This document shows, one piece after another, positions 1 to 8,082 of a DNA stretch of 20,000 nucleotides. Location of the stretch: IMG/VR virus record IMGVR_UViG_3300010354_000066, positions 54,749 to 74,748 of that record; one strand, 5' to 3'. Below the pieces are notes generated by a model. It did not search any database. It saw only the letters and a program-made list of their open reading frames with translations, and was not told the origin of the DNA. The position numbers and the translations under genes were made by a program. Position 1 is the first letter of the stretch, and every line of letters begins with the position of its first letter. This DNA is from an uncultured virus (IMG/VR IMGVR_UViG_3300010354_000066) (lineage: Duplodnaviria; Heunggongvirae; Uroviricota; Caudoviricetes).

Positions 1-1
1 A

Positions 2-64
2 TTAAAAATGAAAACACTAAACTATGATCCATACTATGATAAAATAAATTCATCGATTAGTTAA
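2..64 (+). CDS. 3' end of upstream gene (partial)
   Basis: Frame 2 is open from the window edge (LKMKTLNYDPYYDKINSSIS) to TAA at 62-64, 10 nt before the next ATG. Confidence 0.55.
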   Translation, partial: LKMKTLNYDPYYDKINSSIS

Positions 65-74
65 AGAGAATATT

Positions 75-2276
75 ATGACACAATTATCGCCCAACCTTCT
101 TACATATGAGCAGCTTTTAGTAAAAGTTAATAAGCTTTTACTAATATTAAATCAGAGGTCTGGAATAACAAAAGAAGAAATAGCAGAACAATATTCTTCA
201 CTTATTACCGATGTAAAAAATAGTTTGGGCTCTACGCTAACAAAATATGACCCGTTCATAAACGGGGAGCCGCCAGTATCATCAAAGATGAATAACTTCT
301 TTAGAAGCTGCAAAGACGATATATCAATCATAGCTAGACAGTTAGATCTAATGAATGCAAAAACGGTTGATGTTTTTAATTTATTCAATAGAGAAATAGA
401 AAATGAAAAAAAGTTTGCAGAAAGAATAGCATCTAAAGCAAAAATATTACAGATGTATTCACGTAGTCCGTCTGATGATTTAGTTTATGTAGGTGATTCT
501 TTTGAAAATGATGATCTAATTGATTATACTAAAATAACCAAGGGTTTAAATCCATTAATAAAAAATGGAATCGCATCACTCCCCGTATCGTCTGCTCAAA
601 AAATGTTAGTAAGTGCTATTTCAATATTGGATTCTAACGGGTTTATAGGAAATAGTCATCAGGTTATTAGATCGGTAAACGACGATCAATCTAGTGAATA
701 TAAGTTTGTTTTTGAAAATAGCGAAACATTAAATAACCTCAATAGTGTTAGAGACGCTAATCCTTTAACATATTTTGAGTATGAAGCAATAAACGTTGAT
801 AAAACAACAGCTTCTCCGATTCCATCTATTCCGCCAAGGGACAATGAATTTAAGTATATAAAATCATCAACAAGCAACTCTAGTACCAATGAATCTACAT
901 TAGTAGATTGGTCAAGCCACAATATAGATCAGCCGCTAGAAATGAATTTACAATTGTCAACAAGAACACCGAGAAAAATAAATAGTATAGATATAACTCC
1001 ATATTTTGGTTCTTGTAAATTTATAGAAGTAAGCGAAATTAATATATATGATAAATCTGGTTCTTCGGAAAATGTTATAGACAATCCCATATTTATAGGA
1101 TCATCTATAATTCCGATAAATCTTCAGATGGCTAAATATTATTACTACAATAAGGCTACGATAAGATTTAGGGAGAGAGAAGTACTAAAAGCAGAAATAA
1201 AATTTAAGCAATCAGAAAGTTCCGATATACAAATACAGCATATATATTGGAAACCAACAGAGGCCAACGCAAACAACCCCTTCGTAGATGCAGAAAGATT
1301 TAATCCAGATGCCCTAAGTAGGGATATTTATGAAAGCATTGAATACAATAGATACTCTCTTCTTCCAACTTCAGCTAATCCTGTGGAATTTAAAAAGTCT
1401 GGAGACATTTTTAAAACAGTAAATGTTTCGATTAAGAAAAAGCCAACTGCAAGAAACTTTTTTGTTATACAGTTTTCAATAACTCCAGAAGAGGGTCCTG
1501 TTGAAAATATATATTTCCAGCAGTGGTTTAGTGAATCTGGTAGAGATGAAAATAATGATCCAATAGTTATAAAGACAGCTCTGTTTACTAAAAATATTGT
1601 TGTTTCTGATGATGAAATTCAAACAATAAATTATCCAACTGAAGAAAATGCGCAAGAGGATTATGATTCATTAGTAGCTACATATCTAAACGAGACGCCG
1701 TACGTTATAAACCCTATAGAAGGTGTTACTTCTGGTGGAACAGTTACTGCAGTACAGGTTATCTCACAGACGATTACTCCAGTTGAAAGAGTCAAAACTT
1801 ATAGAGTACCAGTAAAAACCGAAAAAGAACTATACTCTGCAAAACGGTGGGCGATAGGCCTTAGAGATGTGGAATTATATTCAGAAGTTTTCCAAGATGA
1901 ACTAGAAATTGTATCACTACCATTTTTATTTGATCTTCCTGTAGAAGCTGTTATGTTAAGCTTGGAATCCTCTTTGGATGAACAGCTACTAAAAGACTGC
2001 ACTGTTCAGTCTCAAATATCTGTAGATGGTGGATCTAGTTGGATAGATATTTCTCCTATTCAACTAGACTTTAACAGTACCCCAGAGGTAATTTACTTCA
2101 ATCAATCAACAGTTAATGAGTTTCAGTTAAGTGGAGCTTTTTATGCAAACGACCCAAGAATTCCAAAAGAAGTTAAAAATATAATAGTTAAGATAAAAGT
2201 AAGAAAAGCTTCTTCTAAAAATTTTACACCAAATATATACTCATATCAATTAATAGCTAAGGTAAAGAGATCATGA
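75..2276 (+). CDS. Putative phage virion structural protein (733 aa; baseplate/tail-type)
   Basis: Long ORF with an N-terminal helical part (EPPVSSKMNNFFRSCKDDISII), a beta-rich S/T/N-rich body, an SVDGGSSW motif and a C-terminal TPNIYSYQL strand shared with neighbours. Lies in the module ending in the holin. Confidence 0.6.
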   Translation: MTQLSPNLLTYEQLLVKVNKLLLILNQRSGITKEEIAEQYSSLITDVKNSLGSTLTKYDPFINGEPPVSSKMNNFFRSCKDDISIIARQLDLMNAKTVDVFNLFNREIENEKKFAERIASKAKILQMYSRSPSDDLVYVGDSFENDDLIDYTKITKGLNPLIKNGIASLPVSSAQKMLVSAISILDSNGFIGNSHQVIRSVNDDQSSEYKFVFENSETLNNLNSVRDANPLTYFEYEAINVDKTTASPIPSIPPRDNEFKYIKSSTSNSSTNESTLVDWSSHNIDQPLEMNLQLSTRTPRKINSIDITPYFGSCKFIEVSEINIYDKSGSSENVIDNPIFIGSSIIPINLQMAKYYYYNKATIRFREREVLKAEIKFKQSESSDIQIQHIYWKPTEANANNPFVDAERFNPDALSRDIYESIEYNRYSLLPTSANPVEFKKSGDIFKTVNVSIKKKPTARNFFVIQFSITPEEGPVENIYFQQWFSESGRDENNDPIVIKTALFTKNIVVSDDEIQTINYPTEENAQEDYDSLVATYLNETPYVINPIEGVTSGGTVTAVQVISQTITPVERVKTYRVPVKTEKELYSAKRWAIGLRDVELYSEVFQDELEIVSLPFLFDLPVEAVMLSLESSLDEQLLKDCTVQSQISVDGGSSWIDISPIQLDFNSTPEVIYFNQSTVNEFQLSGAFYANDPRIPKEVKNIIVKIKVRKASSKNFTPNIYSYQLIAKVKRS

Positions 2277-4417
2277 ATATAGCAACTATACAAAAAAGAA
2301 AATTTTTGAACAATATTTATAAGCTATATTATTCTTCTGGATCAAGGCCATCAGAACAATCTGTTAGATCTATATTTAATTCATATTTTTCTAGATATAA
2401 ATTTGGACAACCACTTCCAGTAGATTATAACGAAATCAATTTTTCAGAAGTAGTTGACGCTATGATGCTTAACGAATTAATGATTAATAGTATCTTTAAT
2501 ATGGAAGTTCTATATGATTGTATAAATGAAAACAATTATGAACTTATGTCTACAATTACTTCACTTAACAATAAGTTGTCAAACTTAAAGTTAAAAAGAA
2601 GAGAACTAGAAGGAAAAGTAGACCAACTACTATTTGCAAATAATAATACTGATGGCTTTTTTTATTCATTTGTAGAAAATTTTTCCTCCACAAAAAACAT
2701 TGACTTAAATCTTACAAGTTCATATATAGACACCCAAATGGGTAACGCATCAATACCAAAAATATCATCTGGTGTTTTTGATATGATCAGTTCGTCAATA
2801 TTAAATATATCTTCAGCAAAATTTTCAGTAGTAGAAAATGGCACAACCGCTGTTGAGAATAGTCAAATAACTAATTTTGATAACGCTCTTGATGGTTTAA
2901 CTGACACCTACTGGAGTTATACTCACACCACTTCAAGTCCTTCGATTGTCTCTATACAAATTAGTATACCAGTCGCATCGAATGCAACTGTATCAAAAAT
3001 TGAAGGCATCATACTTACTTCATCACCCTGCGGTGTTATCCTAGAGGCAACACCGTCAGATATAAATCTTCCAATTCAAACAAAGTTTAAAAATGCTCGC
3101 GAAGATTATGATAGATTTTCCTTTGTTTTAAATCCTCTGACATATTCAAGTATTAGGCTAACGTTATTTAAAACTTTAGCAGATGAAGTTTCAAATAATT
3201 CAAGTAGGCCATACTCGTACTCCTTTGGATTGAGAGATCTATTTATCGGCGCTAAGTATCACGATAAAAGATCTACAATAGTGTCACAACCAATAACAAT
3301 ACCAACAAAAGATAATAAGTTATTATCAATAGAATCAGTTAGTCTAGAAGTTGATCATCAAGTTGGATCTGGTTATGAAGTAAACTACTTTGTTGCAGCA
3401 GATACACCGGGTGCTTCTGGCATAGAAGGTTTCAACTGGATAGCTATAGATCCAACAAATGCAAATAATAATGTAAATCCAACAATAGTAAATATTCAAT
3501 CCACTAATAGAATTTCTAAACTAATATATGATCAAGCAAGTATCGTTGGTGGCCTAGAATTAATAGATTTGAATACAACATCTCAAAACATAAATGATTT
3601 GAATCCAAGTACATCTATTTATTCTGGAAAAACTGTTTATAAGATTTGTAATGTTGGAGAAGATGTTATAAATCAACCATTTATTTTAAATGGATTGAAT
3701 TCATTTAAGAATTATGCAATTGTCAGGTCGTCTAGTATAAATACCGTTGAAATATATAAATCACTGAATGTATGGGCGGAATCAGTTTCTGGAGTAACTT
3801 CATCTGATGTTCTAGTTTCTTCAACAATAGAAAATCAGTTAGGTTCCATAAGTCCTGGATTGAATGGTATTTGTTCTGGTTTATTAGATGGAAAAATAAT
3901 TTGTGATAGAGATATATCAGTTATACACACTGTTTCAAAAAGTAGATCTGACTTTAATTTAGGGATCTACTTAAATGAAACTTTGATAGCAGATATTCCA
4001 TCTGGAACTTTATCTAGAGATATTGAATGGAACTTTAAAACTGGAATTAATTATATTAAAATAACTTATGATAAGAATTTTGAAGGTTTAGTATCCTTTA
4101 ATATTATGTCTGGAAAAAATATATCAGATTATGGAACTTTATTTATTAATTATTTTTCATATTTAGATCCATATGAATTTAGACAGCGTGTGTCAGATAA
4201 TTCTTTTGTATTTACTATAGATAATGTATTTGGATCAAGATATGTTATTTCATCCAAGTATCTAGAGGGTAGATCTCAAATAAAGTATTTTAGCGAAATA
4301 TCAAATCCAATAACAGCTGTAAGGTATAGAGCAGATTTATACAGGGGCAATAACCCATTAGTATCTCCATCTATAGACAGTATTAGAGTAAAGTTTAAGC
4401 ATAACGAAGAAGGTTAG
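2273..4417 (+). CDS. Putative phage virion structural protein (714 aa)
   Basis: ATGA overlap with the previous gene. N-terminal coiled coil, a discoidin/F5-8-like NALDGLTDTYW motif, and C-terminal RYRADL...SPSIDSIRVKF. Confidence 0.6.
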   Translation: MNIATIQKRKFLNNIYKLYYSSGSRPSEQSVRSIFNSYFSRYKFGQPLPVDYNEINFSEVVDAMMLNELMINSIFNMEVLYDCINENNYELMSTITSLNNKLSNLKLKRRELEGKVDQLLFANNNTDGFFYSFVENFSSTKNIDLNLTSSYIDTQMGNASIPKISSGVFDMISSSILNISSAKFSVVENGTTAVENSQITNFDNALDGLTDTYWSYTHTTSSPSIVSIQISIPVASNATVSKIEGIILTSSPCGVILEATPSDINLPIQTKFKNAREDYDRFSFVLNPLTYSSIRLTLFKTLADEVSNNSSRPYSYSFGLRDLFIGAKYHDKRSTIVSQPITIPTKDNKLLSIESVSLEVDHQVGSGYEVNYFVAADTPGASGIEGFNWIAIDPTNANNNVNPTIVNIQSTNRISKLIYDQASIVGGLELIDLNTTSQNINDLNPSTSIYSGKTVYKICNVGEDVINQPFILNGLNSFKNYAIVRSSSINTVEIYKSLNVWAESVSGVTSSDVLVSSTIENQLGSISPGLNGICSGLLDGKIICDRDISVIHTVSKSRSDFNLGIYLNETLIADIPSGTLSRDIEWNFKTGINYIKITYDKNFEGLVSFNIMSGKNISDYGTLFINYFSYLDPYEFRQRVSDNSFVFTIDNVFGSRYVISSKYLEGRSQIKYFSEISNPITAVRYRADLYRGNNPLVSPSIDSIRVKFKHNEEG

Positions 4418-4418
4418 A

Positions 4419-4811
4419 ATGTCAATAACTTATAGGAAACCGGGTGCTAATCCGCCCAGAGAACCCTTAATGCAAATAAATAGGCTAAAGTTTAAATCTA
4501 ATAGAAGTAGCTTATTAGAGAATGTGGAAACAAATGTACTTAAAATAGATTTTACTAGAATACTAAATGAGTTAAATCAAGTAGATGAATCTATTTTAGA
4601 TAAATTAAATTATTTTATAGCAAATCTGTCAAATTATACCGAACAAGTTAAGTTGGAAGATGGAGTGTCTACTGAGATAGATGGAATACAAATATATATA
4701 GATGAAGATGGCGCATCACTACAAGACCTACAGATAGATGCCACCGATAAATTAAGTGGTAAGTTATCTAGATTATTCAATAAAGTTACCAGATTAGAGA
4801 ATGGCGAATAA
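4419..4811 (+). CDS. Hypothetical coiled-coil protein (130 aa), probably virion-associated
   Basis: Tightly packed ORF with a helical pattern resembling the N-termini of flanking proteins. Confidence 0.55.
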   Translation: MSITYRKPGANPPREPLMQINRLKFKSNRSSLLENVETNVLKIDFTRILNELNQVDESILDKLNYFIANLSNYTEQVKLEDGVSTEIDGIQIYIDEDGASLQDLQIDATDKLSGKLSRLFNKVTRLENGE

Positions 4812-6066
4812 CATGGCTGATATAATCAGAACTCAAAAAAGAGATTATAAATATAATGGTCCAGTAGATAGCTCAGACTATAATGCTAGGATAGAAGAAA
4901 ATTATCAAGATTTAGTATACTTGTATAATAAATCAAACATTGTAGACAATAGATTAAGTACCGTTTTTGAACGAGTACTTAAAGATCATATTTATTTAAC
5001 AAACGCCATAAAAGATCTTGGAGATAGAGTCTCGGCATTAGAACAGGCGAGCGGATATCTTTCCATACATTCATTCTCTCAATTGGACTATTCAAGTTTT
5101 ATCTCAACAAGTTTTGCTGTAGCTGGCACAGAGCTGTTAAGCTTTGATCCAACCTATAATGTAATATCTTTACCCAGGGTATCCAGTGGGTCATTTTCAA
5201 AATTAAAGTTTGGACAAGCTGGAATAGGCCAAATAGTTCCAGACTATTTTAAGGCAACAATAGACCTATCATACCCTGGAGTTGACACTACTGGCGCAGT
5301 CGTAGACACAACGCCAATCTACAATGCAATACTAGATGCCTCAGATAAGGTTTGGAGAAGAAATGTAATCTCTGAAACAAACCCAACTACTGGTGCGCAA
5401 ATGATGCTGTACATAAAAATACCTGCTGAGTTAGCTGGATCATTGAAAACAAACATGATTAAGCTAAATCCATATCCAGCTTTTGGATGCGATATTTATT
5501 CAATAGAATACACAACAAAAGCAAATCCTACACTATCTTCTTCGGATACTTGGATACCACTAAACAAAAATGCGTACTATGATTCAGATACTTCAGCTGT
5601 TGGCAAAGTTGCACCTGGTGGTTGGTACACGGCTGGATCTGATACAGTTAGAAATTCTGGTCCTTTGTATTTTCTATTTCCAGAAACAGATATAACTGCA
5701 ATAAGAATAAAGTTTAATCAAAGAAATTATATGACAGAACTAGGTAAGTTTATTTATACCTATGGTCTTTCAGATTTAGATATAAGATATGAAAAGTTCC
5801 TCCCAACAGGAAGAACAATAATTAAGTATACTCCCGCCTCTGGAGATATTATAAATGAAATTACAAATGTAACACCAAAGATATATAATGTTCCCCTGAG
5901 TCAAATCGATGATGTTTTTAGTTATCGCATAATATACGACGACAGCGGAACATACTCTTTGGAAAACCCCGGTGCAAATAACTATGTTTGGATTGAGGTT
6001 ACTTTAAATATGGCAAATGACAGTACCCCACCAATTTTGTCAGACTTAATTGTTGAATATAACTAG
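4801..6066 (+). CDS. Putative phage virion structural protein (about 420 aa; alternative start 4813)
   Basis: N-terminal GPVDSSDYN...DLVYLY followed by a coiled coil; YTYGLSDLDI motif; C-terminal TPPILSDLIVEY. Confidence 0.6.
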   Translation: MANNMADIIRTQKRDYKYNGPVDSSDYNARIEENYQDLVYLYNKSNIVDNRLSTVFERVLKDHIYLTNAIKDLGDRVSALEQASGYLSIHSFSQLDYSSFISTSFAVAGTELLSFDPTYNVISLPRVSSGSFSKLKFGQAGIGQIVPDYFKATIDLSYPGVDTTGAVVDTTPIYNAILDASDKVWRRNVISETNPTTGAQMMLYIKIPAELAGSLKTNMIKLNPYPAFGCDIYSIEYTTKANPTLSSSDTWIPLNKNAYYDSDTSAVGKVAPGGWYTAGSDTVRNSGPLYFLFPETDITAIRIKFNQRNYMTELGKFIYTYGLSDLDIRYEKFLPTGRTIIKYTPASGDIINEITNVTPKIYNVPLSQIDDVFSYRIIYDDSGTYSLENPGANNYVWIEVTLNMANDSTPPILSDLIVEYN

Positions 6067-6112
6067 TTTAAAAATCTTATTTTTAATTACTATAACCATA
6101 CAATATTTTTAT

Positions 6113-6118
6113 AAGGAG
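6113..6118 (+). promoter_or_regulatory. Strong Shine-Dalgarno AAGGAG for the gene at 6126
   Basis: AAGGAG lies 7 nt upstream of ATG 6126, in an AT-rich intergenic gap. Confidence 0.75.
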
Positions 6119-6125
6119 AAATAAA

Positions 6126-6751
6126 ATGGCCACTTTTTATGTAGGACCTAGACCAGTTCTAAAGGGCAGATCAACTGCGGAAATGGTCAATCCATATACC
6201 ACAATGACTGGAAAGAGCAAGGGCACAGGCACTTACTCATTCTATCCTTTGTATAGCACAAGCCATGTTTTGGACGGTGCACCAGACAATCACTATGTAC
6301 CAGGTACTGGTCAGCATCCTGGTAATCGTTTCTTTCACAGATATTTGTTGGATCTACACTATACATTCATCCACTATCGGGAACTTTTGCTGATGGTACA
6401 GCAACTTATGAAGGCGCAAGATTCCGTCCACTAGAGTTTAAGGGATTAACAGGAGCTAAGGCTTTCCCATCAGACTTTGGTCATGCAGATAGAACAAGTG
6501 ATTATAGTTATAACAATTATATTTTCGACGGTGTTACATCATCAAATGTTTTTGCAAACACCGGTCATGGTCAAAGAACTGAAGCAGAGGGAGCTCCTAG
6601 TTCATTCGGATTCTTCCAGCCAGCTCGTCATAACGGCGTCACCAGTTCAGTTGTATTCACAGCTGATTATGGTCAAGCTAATGTAACGAGTGAGTATGGT
6701 CGTGAAAAAGTCCAAGAATGGTATGGCGTCCCTTCAGCACAAGCTCTCTGA
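6126..6751 (+). CDS. Gly/Thr/Ser/aromatic-rich repeat protein (about 208 aa) split by a -1 frameshift near 6329-6335; possibly a virion protein
   Basis: Frame 0 reads MATFYVGPRP...GQHPGNRF. The -1 frame is open from 6326 to TGA at 6749-6751 (LSQIFVGSTLYIHPLSGTFADG...WYGVPSAQAL*), with the same composition and internal repeats. Confidence 0.7.
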
Positions 6752-7004
6752 TGCCTTCTCCACTCCCCTAATTCTTGATAAACAAGATAGGAAAAGTGGC
6801 ACCATTGCCTGGGGTGGGTTGGCATTAGGAATTATAGCATACGATATTTATGCTATAAAGTCTAAAAAGATTGAAACATTAACTAGATCTTTTTGGAGAT
6901 TAACAGAAAAACCATTATCAGGAAGTATTTTTACAGGAGTGTGGCTAGGTTTAACATTTCATCTTCTTATAGAGAAGCTGGTTAGAAAAAGTTTTTCAAA
7001 GTAA
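6723..7004 (+). CDS. Small membrane protein with two hydrophobic segments, next to the holin
   Basis: Segments AWGGLALGIIAYDIYAI and IFTGVWLGLTFHLLI. ATG 6723 is preferred over GTG 6690. Resembles small membrane proteins of actinophages (recalled, not searched). Confidence 0.65.
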   Translation: MASLQHKLSDAFSTPLILDKQDRKSGTIAWGGLALGIIAYDIYAIKSKKIETLTRSFWRLTEKPLSGSIFTGVWLGLTFHLLIEKLVRKSFSK

Positions 7005-7014
7005 AGGATTATAA

Positions 7015-7215
7015 ATGACAAAATTACACAAAGATATTATCGAAAGAGCAATATGGACAGCAGCTCAGGCGTTTATTGCAGTGTATACTGTAGGTGGTGT
7101 TGATGAACTGAAGTCAGCAGCGACTGCAGCAGTAGCAGCAGGCATAAGCGTAATAAAGGGTTTTGTGGCTACAAAAGTTGGAAACCCAGAATCTGCAGCT
7201 ACACTCAAAAGCTAA
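7015..7215 (+). CDS. Holin, r1t-like family
   Basis: 66 aa with ERAIWTAAQAF (matches the ERAxxTxAQ signature of r1t-type holins), two hydrophobic helices and an AAAGGA RBS. Confidence 0.75.
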   Translation: MTKLHKDIIERAIWTAAQAFIAVYTVGGVDELKSAATAAVAAGISVIKGFVATKVGNPESAATLKS

Positions 7216-7233
7216 CAACATTTTCTTCAAGAC

Positions 7234-7253
7234 CATGCTATAATGGTAGCATG
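7234..7253 (+). promoter_or_regulatory. Extended -10 promoter (TGcTATAAT) embedded in a 7-bp inverted repeat
   Basis: TG at 7236-37 and TATAAT at 7239-44; CATGCTA (7234-40) pairs with TAGCATG (7247-53). Confidence 0.6.
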
Positions 7254-7260
7254 AGATCTT

Positions 7261-7306
7261 AGAACACAAGTTGCCCCGTCAGAATAGACGGGGTTGCTTG
7301 TTTTCT
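7261..7306 (+). terminator. GC-rich hairpin, probable intrinsic terminator
   Basis: GCCCCGTC-AGAATA-GACGGGGT (7273-7294) followed by TGCTTGTTTTCT. Outer arms AGAACACAAG and CTTGTTTTCT can extend the stem. Confidence 0.7.
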
Positions 7307-7359
7307 GACACTAGTATACAAGTTTACATAATTTTATCTGAACTTATAAGGGATTTACA

Positions 7360-8082
7360 ATGTCTATACAGCAAGCAAAAGAAGTGGTAGATACAAACAA
7401 TCTATCAATCGCAGTTGCTGAAAAGTATCTAAAGTTATATGTAGCAAATATAGATTGGTCAGAACACATAGCATCATTGTGGAAGAATTCTACAAATAAA
7501 TTCAAAAACGAACAAGATGCAAAAAACTATGTTAAGAGAGCTATCGCTTGCGCAACCCTACTACCATTTGTAGAAAAAACACCAATACCAGAACAGCCAA
7601 AAAATTTACTATTCTGGTGTACTGGATGGAAGCAATTCGATCAGCACGACTGGTTTTCTATGTATGTAGATGTTTTAAAGGAAGATATAAAAATTTCCGA
7701 AAATAGAAGTAGCGTTATATCAATTGGCGTAATAGATCCAATAGACATATCACCTATTACTAGACAAGCTTTTAACTGGATCTATGGAAAAGCAGAAGAT
7801 CTAGAAGATTTAGAAAATGTTGATATACCAGATTTAAAAACAAAATTTGCAAACTTAGTTAAAGCATATGGCGGAGCAGTTATATGTAACGTATTTATTA
7901 ATCACAAACTTTATGTAGATAAAGTGTTTAATTGGAGAAGTGGCTATTTCTTTGAGAAGCAGATACATAAGGTATATAATATAGATCAAATAGTTAAGAT
8001 TAAGTCAGCAGAATTATTAAAAACAAACAAAAAATATATCAGTAATTTAGGAGAAAAAAATGCAAAGCAATATTCTTTCTGA
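7360..8082 (+). CDS. Hypothetical protein (240 aa)
   Basis: ORF with an AAGGGA RBS; first gene after the regulatory gap; overlaps the nrdJ start; no motif recognised. Confidence 0.75.
   Translation: MSIQQAKEVVDTNNLSIAVAEKYLKLYVANIDWSEHIASLWKNSTNKFKNEQDAKNYVKRAIACATLLPFVEKTPIPEQPKNLLFWCTGWKQFDQHDWFSMYVDVLKEDIKISENRSSVISIGVIDPIDISPITRQAFNWIYGKAEDLEDLENVDIPDLKTKFANLVKAYGGAVICNVFINHKLYVDKVFNWRSGYFFEKQIHKVYNIDQIVKIKSAELLKTNKKYISNLGEKNAKQYSF

Noticed and set aside
6477..6686. 69-aa ORF in the track
   Set aside because: It is a shadow of the real -1-frame coding sequence (6326-6751), which carries the repeats and better codon usage.
7216..7359. Cobalamin riboswitch upstream of the nrdJ operon
   Set aside because: TGCCCCG resembles part of the motif, but the B12 box and other conserved elements are missing; a simple hairpin explains it.
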